Assembly (NCBI GenBank): GCA_026413765.1
Contig: JAOAKI010000004.1
Span: 33,513-97,512, forward strand
Direction of reading: 5' to 3'
From: Candidatus Micrarchaeota archaeon
Lineage (GTDB): Archaea; Micrarchaeota; Micrarchaeia; Anstonellales; Anstonellaceae
Length of the DNA: 64,000 nucleotides
The notes beneath the pieces are model-generated. The model made no database searches and was not told the origin of the DNA. It saw only the letters and a program-made list of their open reading frames with translations. This document shows positions 19,393-28,728 of this stretch, one piece after another. Each line of letters opens with the position of its first letter. The first letter of the stretch is position 1. Both the position numbers and the translations under genes were made by a program.

Positions 19393-20634
19393 ATGGATAG
19401 GATTTCTAGCTTTCTTCTGGTTTTTGGGCTGTTTTTGCTTTTTTTTGGCTGTGCTTCACAGCCTCCATCTGAAGCCCAACAAACGCCTTCGAACAAAATC
19501 CTGAGCGTGCAGGATTTGCAGACCACGAAAGAAGCAGCTCCTGCGCTGCAGTTCCCAAAGAATGAATTGAGAGGGTTAGTGACTGTCAACTATCCGGACG
19601 GCGGGCAAGATTTTCTGGTGCTTTTGCCTGGAGAAAAGAAATACCTGAGAGACAACAAGACAATAATCTACCTTAACTATATTACAAGAAACGACGGTTT
19701 GTACTATGCACAGCTTTACATCAATGATGCAAAATATACTCTTTTTGCAGGGCAGGCAGATTTTGCCGGGCTTCCTGGCTCAACCTTTGATGTACTTATG
19801 CGGCCATATGAGTTAGCCGCCAAAATAAAATTTGTCGGGCCGTCCAAGCAAACCGACTATCCAGCAGCCACAATAGGAAGCGTTTTTGACCTTGGCGGCA
19901 AGCAATACACTCTTGTGGACTTGCTCTATGGAGTTTCTTCAGGGCCAAAAGCAGCAATATTTTCAGATGGGGCTTCGCTGTCTTCTATGCACCCAACAAT
20001 GGGATCGCTGACAAGAGAAGGCTTTGAAATCAAAATAAATGATGTTTTCCCACTTTCGCAAGAAGCTCCTGCCAAGCCTTCACCAAAGCCAAATATAATC
20101 TTGCCTCGTGTTCCAGAAAGAGCTACTGCAGAAAGAGCCTTCCTTTACATCAATTATTCGGACGGCGTCATCCAATATGCTGCGATGGAAAAAGGCGAGA
20201 AGTTAGTTTTGCAGAATGGCAGAACGCTATCGCTGATAAACCTAGACATAGATTATACTTTGGCCTCAAACAAGGCATTTCTTGAAGTTGACAAGCAGAA
20301 GTTCAATTTGAGGATCGGGGAAGAGTTCTCACTGGACGGAGTCACAATCACGTTCCTGGATCCAATATTGCCAAGGCACAATTTCCTTGCTTCGTTTGAG
20401 CTGAGGAAAGCTTCTGGGCAGCAAATCAAGACTTTCACTGTTTTGCCGGGCAACAAGTTCGAATATGACGGCAAAACATGCACGCTTGAAGATGTCTATC
20501 CAGGGCTCACCCTCCAGGTTGTCTCTGCTCTTGTCAGCTGCGACAAAGAGGCGTTTTTGCTTATGGCAGGCCAAATGCATAAAGGCAAGAACGAACTTCT
20601 CATCCTTCTGACAGTGCAGCAACGGCCAAAATGA
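19393..20634 (+). CDS. secreted lipoprotein, hypothetical
   Basis: signal peptide MDRISSFLLVFGLFLLFFGCAS with lipobox-like Cys; beta-rich remainder; start moved to ATG 19393 from ORF-track 19258. Confidence 0.5.
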   Translation: MDRISSFLLVFGLFLLFFGCASQPPSEAQQTPSNKILSVQDLQTTKEAAPALQFPKNELRGLVTVNYPDGGQDFLVLLPGEKKYLRDNKTIIYLNYITRNDGLYYAQLYINDAKYTLFAGQADFAGLPGSTFDVLMRPYELAAKIKFVGPSKQTDYPAATIGSVFDLGGKQYTLVDLLYGVSSGPKAAIFSDGASLSSMHPTMGSLTREGFEIKINDVFPLSQEAPAKPSPKPNIILPRVPERATAERAFLYINYSDGVIQYAAMEKGEKLVLQNGRTLSLINLDIDYTLASNKAFLEVDKQKFNLRIGEEFSLDGVTITFLDPILPRHNFLASFELRKASGQQIKTFTVLPGNKFEYDGKTCTLEDVYPGLTLQVVSALVSCDKEAFLLMAGQMHKGKNELLILLTVQQRPK

Positions 20635-20643
20635 AAATATAAG

Positions 20644-20688
20644 GGCAGCGGTCCATGCTTGGTTCCGCCGCCCCGCTTTATTTTTTTA
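20644..20688. terminator. bidirectional terminator-like hairpin plus T-run between convergent genes
   Basis: GCAGCGG-N13-CCGCCGCC stem followed by CCCGCTTTATTTTTTT; lies between stop 20634 (+) and stop 20686 (-). Confidence 0.35.
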
Positions 20689-21588
20689 GCCGCCAGTTGG
20701 AGGCACTATAGGCAGCTTTCCTATTTCAGGCAGCTCTTTTTCTTTTGCAGGAATTGTAAAGTCTTCTTCGCTGACTTCTAGCCAGTATTTTAGCGCGGTT
20801 ATTTCAGTTTCAACCTCTCCGCCTGAAGCACGCGTGTAAAGCAGCACTCCCTCTTTGGAATAGCAGTATTGCATTATCTTCTTGAGCTCTTCTGATTTTG
20901 CTTCGAAGCAGAATGTTTCTGCTCCTGCAATATTCCTTGGAGGCAATGCCGATACTTCATATTTCATCACATTTTTCTCTAACTCACTTGCAAATTCAAT
21001 CGGAGAGGTGGGTGTTGCTGCCTTCTCTTGCGCAGGCATTTTTATACAGTCAAATCCAAACCCTTCTATTTTCACGCAAGCATGTATTTCGTTTCCAAGC
21101 ATGTAGAAGCGGCCTTCCATCGGCTCATCTTTTGTGTCTATCCTTTGCTTTTCTGGCCCTTTGATGTAAAGCATTATCTTTTTGGTCTCTTTTCCTATTA
21201 CAGGATTCTGAGTGGTTGACTCATATTCGGCTTTCCAGCCTGCAGCTGGCTTCTTCATCAATTCAAGCAGCTTGTCAATAGGTTTCCGTGCATCCGGCTT
21301 TGAAGGCTCAACTTCTCTTCTTTCTTGTTTTTCAGGAAGCTCTCTTGGTTTCTCCTCTTTCTTTTCAGGCTGCTGCTCTTCCTTCTTTGCCGGCTCGGGC
21401 TGCTTTCTTTCAGCCTCCTCTTCTTCTGTCCGGCTTTTGGTCGGCTCTGCGCTTCTTTCAGTTTTTTGCCCAGCCTTGGTTTCGGTCTGCTCCTTTTTTT
21501 CCGCCTCCTTGCTTGGCGAAGGCGCTTGGCCAGCACATCCAGCAAAAAGAAGCATTCCTACCAGCAAGACAATCCAAAAGCTTTTCAA
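20686..21588 (-). CDS. secreted lipoprotein with long Lys/Glu/Pro-rich low-complexity linker, hypothetical
   Basis: signal peptide MKSFWIVLLVGMLLFAGCAG; residues 25-110 are KE-rich; C-terminal globular domain. Confidence 0.5.
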   Translation of the reverse strand: MKSFWIVLLVGMLLFAGCAGQAPSPSKEAEKKEQTETKAGQKTERSAEPTKSRTEEEEAERKQPEPAKKEEQQPEKKEEKPRELPEKQERREVEPSKPDARKPIDKLLELMKKPAAGWKAEYESTTQNPVIGKETKKIMLYIKGPEKQRIDTKDEPMEGRFYMLGNEIHACVKIEGFGFDCIKMPAQEKAATPTSPIEFASELEKNVMKYEVSALPPRNIAGAETFCFEAKSEELKKIMQYCYSKEGVLLYTRASGGEVETEITALKYWLEVSEEDFTIPAKEKELPEIGKLPIVPPTGG

Positions 21589-21739
21589 CTTATCACCTCG
21601 CCGACATATCGGTCAAATCATTTTTAATTTTTTATATCCCAAAAAAAGTAAGTAACCGCCTTTTGGCTATTTTTCTTTCCGGCCTTTGACTTTCTTCTCA
21701 AAAACTCAATCTTTTAAGCTTTCAAGCAGTCTTTTCTCT

Positions 21740-21889
21740 ATGGCGGTTTCAGAATGTCCTGCGTGCACTTATCATATACCGGTTGGCAATCTGCAGGAAG
21801 GAGACACTATCAAATGCCCAGATTGCGGGGTGCTCTTAAAGCTGGTCAGGGCGTTTCCTCCTATCTTTGAAGAGGTACAAGAAGGGTAG
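21740..21889 (+). CDS. LysW-like zinc-ribbon small protein (amino-group carrier protein-like), orphan
   Basis: MAVSECPACTYHIPVGNLQEGDTIKCPDCGVLLKLV ... IFEEVQEG: CPxC ... CPDCG zinc ribbon with acidic C-terminus resembling LysW/ArgW pattern (CPECGAE ... CPDCGAELEV ... EDWGE); C-terminal residue is Gly not Glu. Confidence 0.35.
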   Translation: MAVSECPACTYHIPVGNLQEGDTIKCPDCGVLLKLVRAFPPIFEEVQEG

Positions 21890-21894
21890 TTGTT

Positions 21895-23322
21895 ATGCGT
21901 TTTGCCTTTCTTTTTGCATTAGTTGCCTTATTGCCGCTTTCGTTTTGCCTATGGACTGCACAAATAAACATCACAGTGGCGGATTTGGCAGGAAGGCCGG
22001 TGGACAAGGCGCAAGTTTCTGTAGTTTATCAGAAAGCAAGCCAGGTTTCAGAGACTGACGGGCTTGTTTCTGGCGAGACAAACCAGAATGGCATATTTAC
22101 TGCATTCCTTTCAAACAGGGTTCCGGAGCAGGCTGCATCGCGGAATATACAAGTGCGGGTATCTACAATCTATTGGCAGGGCGAGACAAAAAAGCTTACT
22201 ATAAACGAGTCTGATATAAGGCCAATAAGGTTCGTTGTGCCTTTCAGGCTTGAGGAGTTTTACGTAAAAGTCGTCTCATCAAAAGATGAGCCTGTCAGGG
22301 GGGCGGATGTAGTCATCAGCGGCAAAATTCCAATCAAAAAGCAGACAGGCTTGGATGGCCGCACAAGGTTCTTCTTCCCGCAAAACTTCTCATTTGCAGG
22401 ATATGTAGTTTACATGAACTCAAGCATACAATTCAATTCATCTGCCATCAAGCAGATTGAAAACAAATCTACCATCGTTGTCAAGTTGCCTGCCTTTGAA
22501 GGCGAGACGATTGGCAGCGTTGCCGGCAGCGGCAAGATGAACTTTTCATTTTCTTTGCTTGGGCTTAATGGCTCTGCATTGGCTGAAAGAAAAGTCCTTC
22601 TTTCTTTTGACGGGAAAAATTACACCGTCTATACTGACGAAGATGGGGCTGCGCTTTTCTTTTATGACAAAGAGGGGCAACTCAACCTGACTGTGAGGGA
22701 ATATGAACATGACTATAGCTTTTCATTCAACCTTTCAAACCAAACAAACGCAACCGAAATCAAGCTTTACCCGCTTTTGAAAATCGTGCGCAGCGGCGCA
22801 ACCCCTCAAAAGCAGGTCAATTGCTTCACCCTTTTTGCGAATGTCTCTGACCCAAGGAAAAACCTCTCATTGAGGGTCAGGATGCTGCCGCAACAAGGAG
22901 GCCAAAAGGCTTCATCAGTGCTCAAGGTGAACAACACTTCTTCTGATTTTTTTGTTTCTGAATATTGCATAACCTCTGACACAGTCATCAAGATTGTCGC
23001 CTCAAATAAATACGAAAGCGCGGAGGCGTTTGTGAACCTAACGTTTGTCCGGCCGCAGGCAGCCGGCCCAGCAAAAGCAAACCTCACAAACCCATTCCAG
23101 CCTGCCGCAAAAGAGCAAGAGACTGATGACATGGTTGTCGTTGCAATTGTTTTGCTGGTCTCGTTGGCTGCCGCATCGTTTTTTGCAAGAGCATATATCG
23201 CCCAAAGCGCTCGCTTCATCATTGAATACCTGCGCAAAACAAGGGAAAACATCGAAAAAAGAAGGAAAAAGCCGCAAATCCCGCCTCTTGTGCCTCCGCC
23301 TCCTCCCCCGCCTGCATCTTGA
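21895..23322 (+). CDS. cell-surface glycoprotein candidate (S-layer-like), C-terminal TM anchor and poly-proline tail
   Basis: signal peptide; at least 16 N-x-S/T sequons; repeated CarbopepD_reg-like beta segments; C-terminal helix MVVVAIVLLVSLAAASFF then PPLVPPPPPPPAS. Confidence 0.5.
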   Translation: MRFAFLFALVALLPLSFCLWTAQINITVADLAGRPVDKAQVSVVYQKASQVSETDGLVSGETNQNGIFTAFLSNRVPEQAASRNIQVRVSTIYWQGETKKLTINESDIRPIRFVVPFRLEEFYVKVVSSKDEPVRGADVVISGKIPIKKQTGLDGRTRFFFPQNFSFAGYVVYMNSSIQFNSSAIKQIENKSTIVVKLPAFEGETIGSVAGSGKMNFSFSLLGLNGSALAERKVLLSFDGKNYTVYTDEDGAALFFYDKEGQLNLTVREYEHDYSFSFNLSNQTNATEIKLYPLLKIVRSGATPQKQVNCFTLFANVSDPRKNLSLRVRMLPQQGGQKASSVLKVNNTSSDFFVSEYCITSDTVIKIVASNKYESAEAFVNLTFVRPQAAGPAKANLTNPFQPAAKEQETDDMVVVAIVLLVSLAAASFFARAYIAQSARFIIEYLRKTRENIEKRRKKPQIPPLVPPPPPPPAS

Positions 23323-23336
23323 TTTCTTACTTGCTC

Positions 23337-25238
23337 TTACTTCAGCCTTATTGCGTCAAGGTTCATGGGCGCGCGCGACTCGATGCGCATTATGTGTGAT
23401 ATTGACCTGCTTAGGTCCTCGCATTTTTTCTCGTCTCCGTGAAGTGTGAACACTTTCTCTGGCTTTGGCCGCATGTTTTTCAGCAGAGAAAGCAGCTGGT
23501 TCCTGTCCGAATGGCCCGAATAGCCTTCCACTGTCTCCACCTGCATATTTATCTTCACCGAGACTGTCCGTCCATCATCGCCTATCATCGCTACCTCTTT
23601 TTGCCCTCGCTGGATTTTCCTCCCAAGCGATAGGGCAGACTGATAGCCAACAAAAAAGAGCGCATTTTTCGGGTCCTCGGCAAGCAGCTTGAGATATTCG
23701 ACCGACGGGCCGCCCGAAAGCATGCCAGAAGGAGCAATTATTATTGCGGCCTCTCCTTCCGCAATTTCGTGCCTTTCTTTCTTGACAGGCTCAAATATCC
23801 TTGACTCAAATGGAGAGTCGTTTGACAATATCCTCCTTTGGATGCTGTGGCGAAGGTATTCTGGATATGCAGTGTGTATAGCGGATGCTTCAAGTATCAT
23901 CCCATCAAGATAGACTGGCCAGTTGAAATCTTTGTTTTTTGATGCGTATTCCTCAAAGACAAGCATTATCTCCTGCGACCTTCCTACTGCAAAGCTTGGG
24001 ATCAGCACCTTGCCGCCGCGCTGGCATACTTGGACTGCAAGCTCCACCAGCCGCTTGTCTGCCTCGTGCCTGTTTGGCTGGATGTCGTTCCTGCCGCCAT
24101 ACGTGCTGTCCAAAAACAGCGTCTCAACACGTGGGAAAACGGTGTTTGCCTGGTCAAACAGCCTGGTGAATCCATATTTTACGTCCCCTGAAAATACAAG
24201 GTTGTGCAACCCCTCCCCAATATGCAGATGGACCATCGCGCTCCCTAGAATATGGCCTGCATTGTAAAATGTGAGCTTTATTTCAGGCGTAATGTCTATG
24301 ACTTCTCCATAGTCAACCGTCACCATGTGCGAAAGCTCTTTTTGTATGTCTTTTATGCCGTATGGAGGAGAATATTGCGAGTTTTTGTTTGCTATAGAGA
24401 TGAAATCCATCTGCAGCAAAATTGCCAGCTCTCTTGTTGGCGTGGTGCAATATACTGGCCCCTCATAGCCATAAGCGTAAAGATAAGGAATGAAGCCGCA
24501 GTGGTCCATATGTGCATGAGTCAGCACAACTGCGTCTAGCTGGTCAAGCTCAAGATTCATCGCATTAAGGTAAGGGTATGCCTTTGTTGGCTCGAAGGTC
24601 TCTGGGTTTATGCCGCAATCAATCAAGACGTTCGAGTGCGGAGTCTGCACAAGCGCGCAGCTTCTTCCAACTTCGTTGAATCCGCCAAGCGCAGTCACTT
24701 TCACCCAATCGCTTTTGCCTTCAGAGTTTGTGCATATTTTTTTCCCAAGTGCGTTGAGGAACTTTTTCCTTGCGGCGGCTTCTTTGAGCATGCTGCTTCT
24801 TATGCCCTTGATTGTCGAGGAGGGCATTGTCGGAGTTCGCAAAACCACAGGCGCCCAATGTGTTTTCTGAATAATCGCCTTCAGCGTCACGCCCCCTTTG
24901 CCAATCACCAGCCCAGGCTTGAGGGCTTCAATGTTCACCTCGCAAAATTCTGGGTTGAACTTTATGCCGTCTTCTGCCACCCCAGCCTCAGGAGGGATGA
25001 TCTCCCTTATTGTTTTGAGCGCCTCTTCTGGCGGCATGAGCGAAGAGGGGTCGGATTTGACCAATATGCGCTTTCTTATCGTGCTTGCGATTTTGCGGAT
25101 TAGCTGGTCGTTCTCGTAAAAAGCGCCAATATTTTTGAGATATATTACTATGTCTAACCCTTCTGCTTCCACTTTTGTCATCTTGCATTCGCTTGGCACA
25201 AGCTCGTGCAGTTTTTTCTCTATTTCCTTTAACTCCAA
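23337..25238 (-). CDS. aCPSF1/FttA beta-CASP ribonuclease with two N-terminal KH domains (archaeal transcription termination factor)
   Basis: two KH-like segments, metallo-beta-lactamase motif LTHAHMDHCG, beta-CASP and C-terminal RMMBL-like region; 633 aa typical of aCPSF1. Confidence 0.9.
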   Translation of the reverse strand: MELKEIEKKLHELVPSECKMTKVEAEGLDIVIYLKNIGAFYENDQLIRKIASTIRKRILVKSDPSSLMPPEEALKTIREIIPPEAGVAEDGIKFNPEFCEVNIEALKPGLVIGKGGVTLKAIIQKTHWAPVVLRTPTMPSSTIKGIRSSMLKEAAARKKFLNALGKKICTNSEGKSDWVKVTALGGFNEVGRSCALVQTPHSNVLIDCGINPETFEPTKAYPYLNAMNLELDQLDAVVLTHAHMDHCGFIPYLYAYGYEGPVYCTTPTRELAILLQMDFISIANKNSQYSPPYGIKDIQKELSHMVTVDYGEVIDITPEIKLTFYNAGHILGSAMVHLHIGEGLHNLVFSGDVKYGFTRLFDQANTVFPRVETLFLDSTYGGRNDIQPNRHEADKRLVELAVQVCQRGGKVLIPSFAVGRSQEIMLVFEEYASKNKDFNWPVYLDGMILEASAIHTAYPEYLRHSIQRRILSNDSPFESRIFEPVKKERHEIAEGEAAIIIAPSGMLSGGPSVEYLKLLAEDPKNALFFVGYQSALSLGRKIQRGQKEVAMIGDDGRTVSVKINMQVETVEGYSGHSDRNQLLSLLKNMRPKPEKVFTLHGDEKKCEDLSRSISHIMRIESRAPMNLDAIRLK

Positions 25239-25278
25239 TTAAGTCGCCTCTCATTTTTTTTGCTTGAAGCGTGAAAAG

Positions 25279-25917
25279 CTATTGCAGCAATTTTTCTATT
25301 TCGTTTTTCTCATACCTTCTGAACCCTGCTTTTGTGATGGACACCAAATCAATGTCTTCACCGCTTGCAGCATCCCTCTTCATTGCGGCAAAGATCGCCC
25401 TTGCGGCAATCTTGAGGTTGTCTTTCACCGTTCCGCCTTCTTTGTATGACTCTTCAAGAACTCCATATGCAATTGGCGAGCCCGAGCCGGTAGAGACATA
25501 TTTTTCCTCTGTCACGCCGCCAAGCGCGTCAAGCGAGTAAAGCTCGCTTTTCTCAACATAGCCGCCAACAAGCAGCTGGACATAAAAGGGATAGAATTTG
25601 TAGCCTTGCAGGATGTTTGAAAGCAGGCTTGCCGCTGCCTTTGCGCTCATGCTTTTGCTGTTTCTCAGCCTATAGAGACTTGCCTCCGCTTGCATGAGCC
25701 TTATGAGCGCCTGCGCATCGCCAACACCACCCGCAATAGTCATCGAAAGGAAATCATCTATCTGGTAGATTTTGTATATGTCTTTGCTTGCAATAAAATA
25801 GCCCATTGTTGCGCGTCGGTCTGATGCCATTATTATTCCGTCAGTGCATACAAGACCAACTGTGGTAGTTCCAGTCTGCAAAATTTTCTTTTCGGCATCA
25901 GGCTGTTTGGCCGCCAT
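25279..25917 (-). CDS. psmB: proteasome subunit beta
   Basis: propeptide then catalytic TTTVGLVCTDGIIMASDRRAT N-terminal Thr nucleophile context. Confidence 0.9.
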   Translation of the reverse strand: MAAKQPDAEKKILQTGTTTVGLVCTDGIIMASDRRATMGYFIASKDIYKIYQIDDFLSMTIAGGVGDAQALIRLMQAEASLYRLRNSKSMSAKAAASLLSNILQGYKFYPFYVQLLVGGYVEKSELYSLDALGGVTEEKYVSTGSGSPIAYGVLEESYKEGGTVKDNLKIAARAIFAAMKRDAASGEDIDLVSITKAGFRRYEKNEIEKLLQ

Positions 25918-26084
25918 TTTTACCGCCTCTCAAAATTTGATAAGCCTATCCCCTACTACTCTTGATAAAGAGGTAGAAGAATAAAGCTACAGCTATAAAG
26001 CATGGAAAGGCTTAAATAGATATCCACTTAGCCTTGCGGCCCTCTCCTAAGTAGCCGCAGCCACCCTCTGCATTTTTGGCCTGC

Positions 26085-26864
26085 CTAGTCTTGCTTGCTG
26101 AATGCATTTTCCAGATTCTTTATCCTTTTGCTGACTGATGGGTGGGTTGAATAAAAGCTTAGATGGTAGATTTTTTCATAAAAGCCAATCAGCCATTGCG
26201 CGCTTTTTTCAAGCAGCTTGGATGCTTTTGAGGCAATCTCATCCAGCTTTTTGCTTTCAATGCTGCCCTTTATCTTTGCAAGAAGCTTTTGCGGAAAAGA
26301 AAGAATGGTTTGCACATCTATCTGCGCGTTTATCTTGGAAATCTTGTCTAGCGCACTTATGACTGCTTCCTTTGAAGTGTTTTTCGCGGCAAACAAGTCC
26401 GCCTCATATTCTCTTTTGTGCATCCGCCTGCTGCCAAAGTAGGTGATTGATGCAGTAACCAGAAAGAGCGCCAGTGCCTCGCTTGTTCCGAAAATGTTTT
26501 GGTTTTTGGAAAAAAGGTAAATGCAGTCGATTGCAGCAAATTGGTTCATTGCTATTGCTATCTGAAATGCTGCTGCACCAATGCCTCCTCGATGCCTATT
26601 TTTGCGGTGCCCAATCTCATGGGCAATTACAGCTTCGGCTTCCGCAAATGACAGCCTATCAATCAGCGTGGAGGTCACGATTATCTTGAAATCATGAGGG
26701 TAAGCTGCAACTTCCGCATGTATTCTTTTTGCTTCTCTTATGATTATTTCTGGCTGCTGCATGCCGTTTTTCTTGCATATCTCTTCTGCTCTTTCTTTCA
26801 ATCTCTGGAATGTGTGGATATTGTGCACTTGCTCAAGCGGTGACATTTTTGCCTTCAGTATCAT
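26085..26864 (-). CDS. M48-family zinc metallopeptidase (HtpX/Ste24-like, soluble form without N-terminal TM helices)
   Basis: HEIGH zinc motif (AHEIGHRKNRH) and downstream EYEAD third-ligand motif. Confidence 0.6.
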   Translation of the reverse strand: MILKAKMSPLEQVHNIHTFQRLKERAEEICKKNGMQQPEIIIREAKRIHAEVAAYPHDFKIIVTSTLIDRLSFAEAEAVIAHEIGHRKNRHRGGIGAAAFQIAIAMNQFAAIDCIYLFSKNQNIFGTSEALALFLVTASITYFGSRRMHKREYEADLFAAKNTSKEAVISALDKISKINAQIDVQTILSFPQKLLAKIKGSIESKKLDEIASKASKLLEKSAQWLIGFYEKIYHLSFYSTHPSVSKRIKNLENAFSKQD

Positions 26865-26890
26865 GTTTTAGTTTTTGTCAAATAGTGTAT

Positions 26891-27133
26891 TTAATCCTTT
26901 CTTTGCTGGCCAGCCAAATTTGCTGCTGCAAGCAAAAAAGCGCAAGCATTCAGTATTGCAAAAATCAAATTGTTAAGAAAGATGCTGTAAATAGTCAAAA
27001 GCAGGCTGCCTGCTGCATACAAAAGCGCAAACATGGTCGGAATCTTCTCTCTCTTTCTTTTCAGCTCAAGCCCCCACCCAAGCAATATGAGCAGGAGGCC
27101 AGCAATCCCAACAAGCTCGACAAGAATTCTCAT
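26891..27133 (-). CDS. small membrane protein (80 aa, 3 TM), hypothetical
   Basis: three hydrophobic helices; stop codon 2 bp from KaiC-like gene start, suggesting co-transcription. Confidence 0.35.
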   Translation of the reverse strand: MRILVELVGIAGLLLILLGWGLELKRKREKIPTMFALLYAAGSLLLTIYSIFLNNLIFAILNACAFLLAAANLAGQQRKD

Positions 27134-27134
27134 T

Positions 27135-27836
27135 TTACACCTTTATTATGATTCCGTGCGGCCCTATCTCATAGTGGTGGAACGCGGTCGATGCGCCCAT
27201 CAAGCCTCTGACGTGCAGCTTGTCTTCTGTGAACTCTATGACGCCGTCCATCAGGTGCTCAATCATCTTGACTTGTTTTTCGTCATGCATGCCCTTTTCA
27301 AGCACATAAAGGGCAGTGCAGGCAGTCTTTCTTCCCTTCCCTGTCATGAATTGCATGAACCGAAAAACTGCATCTGGCGGGTTGGTTTCAAGCAAAGAGG
27401 AGACAGAATGGAATCCAAGGCGGTGATTTTCTGCGATCTGCGCTATCTGCTCTTGCAAGCCAGATATCGTCATTGAGATGTCTGAAAGGTCGGATGGATT
27501 GTCCACATAGCTGACAATGCCTTCATCTTCAAGCGACGGGTCAAACTGCTTTGAGTAGCAGTCTACCACCTGAAGCAGGCCGTTTTGCTCGTATTGATCA
27601 ATCGACCAGCCAGAGCTTTCCATCATTCCTCTCCAGTCATCGAACCCATAATCAAGCAAAACAAATATTCCCGGAATGTTCATTTTCAAGCCTTCATACA
27701 CAAATTGCATCAAAAGCGGCTTCTTGCCGCATAATGGGTCTCCATAAAGCAAAACATTGCTTTGCAGGGGCAACCCTCCCCCAAGAATGTCGTCTAATCC
27801 TTTTATTCCGGTCGGCAACACAAGGTCAGAGGGCAT
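27135..27836 (-). CDS. KaiC/RadA-like RecA-superfamily ATPase with degenerate Walker A (GDPLCGKKP)
   Basis: IKGLDDILGGGLPLQSNVLLYGDPLCGKKPLLMQF KaiC-type N-terminus; Walker A lacks the Ser/Thr after Lys. Confidence 0.7.
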   Translation of the reverse strand: MPSDLVLPTGIKGLDDILGGGLPLQSNVLLYGDPLCGKKPLLMQFVYEGLKMNIPGIFVLLDYGFDDWRGMMESSGWSIDQYEQNGLLQVVDCYSKQFDPSLEDEGIVSYVDNPSDLSDISMTISGLQEQIAQIAENHRLGFHSVSSLLETNPPDAVFRFMQFMTGKGRKTACTALYVLEKGMHDEKQVKMIEHLMDGVIEFTEDKLHVRGLMGASTAFHHYEIGPHGIIIKV

Positions 27837-27882
27837 CTTCCCACTTTCGGCGTGAATTAGATGCGCTGCATATTTATAAAAG

Positions 27883-28728
27883 TTGGCGATGGAATGGATT
27901 CATATGGCACCCCAAAAATTGAAGCCAACCGTGCAGCCGATCAAAAGAGGCAAAAAGCCAATCCAGCAAGAGGCAGAGCCGCAGGCAGATCAGCCAGTTG
28001 GCATTGAAGTGCCAGAAGGTTATACTCCCTCAGGCATTCCTGGCCTTGATGAGCTGATGGGCGGTCCGCTTGAAGAGGCATCCACTACAATCATTTTGGG
28101 TGGGCCAGGCTGCGGGAAAACTACCTTCCTTTGCCAGTTTCTCTATAATGGCGCGGTTGAGCACGGAGAGCCAGGTGTCTTGCTTTCATTTGAGGAGCCA
28201 AGTCAAATAATATTCAAGCACATGCAAAACTTTGGATTCGATTTCCTTTCTCTTGAAGAGCAGAACCTCTTTGCGTCGATAAGCTACAGGCCGCACGAAG
28301 TAAAAAAGCTCGTGGAAGAAGGCGGCGGGCTAATTTGGGACACCATCTCATCTATCGGAGCAAAAAGGCTGGCAATCGATTCTCTTACTTCTTACACGAT
28401 GCTTTTTGAGTCCCCTTACCAGGCAAGGGAAGCGCAGCTACTTCTTTTTGAGCTGCTGCACAAATGGAAATGCACCACTTTCCTTTCTGCAGAAGGCACG
28501 CCTTCGCTTCTTAACCATGGCATGTCTGGCATGGAATATCTGGCAGACGGAGTAATTCTTCTCCACCACCCGCGCCACCAGTCCACCCGCTTCAGGGCAA
28601 TTGAGATATTGAAAATGCGAGGGAGAAAGCACTCCGAGAAGCTTTGCCCATTTGACTTCATTCCAGGCAAAGGAATACAAATCTACCCAGAAGAAAATAT
28701 CTTTTATGACTTGCAGCAAGAAGTCTGA
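27883..28728 (+). CDS. KaiC/RadA-like RecA-superfamily ATPase (canonical Walker A)
   Basis: IPGLDELMGGPLEEASTTIILGGPGCGKTTFLCQF; divergent from the upstream KaiC-like gene. Confidence 0.75.
   Translation: MAMEWIHMAPQKLKPTVQPIKRGKKPIQQEAEPQADQPVGIEVPEGYTPSGIPGLDELMGGPLEEASTTIILGGPGCGKTTFLCQFLYNGAVEHGEPGVLLSFEEPSQIIFKHMQNFGFDFLSLEEQNLFASISYRPHEVKKLVEEGGGLIWDTISSIGAKRLAIDSLTSYTMLFESPYQAREAQLLLFELLHKWKCTTFLSAEGTPSLLNHGMSGMEYLADGVILLHHPRHQSTRFRAIEILKMRGRKHSEKLCPFDFIPGKGIQIYPEENIFYDLQQEV

Noticed and set aside
21212-21689. Overlapping Ser/Arg/Lys-rich ORFs (21212-21655, 21258-21545, 21288-21689, 21325-21627)
   Set aside because: They are artefacts of the GA/CT-rich low-complexity DNA encoding the KE-rich linker of the 20686-21588 lipoprotein.
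25918-26084. Possible small RNA or hairpin (GCGGCC ... GCCGC) between psmB and the M48 peptidase gene
   Set aside because: No box motifs or covariation are visible. It is probably just promoter/terminator sequence.
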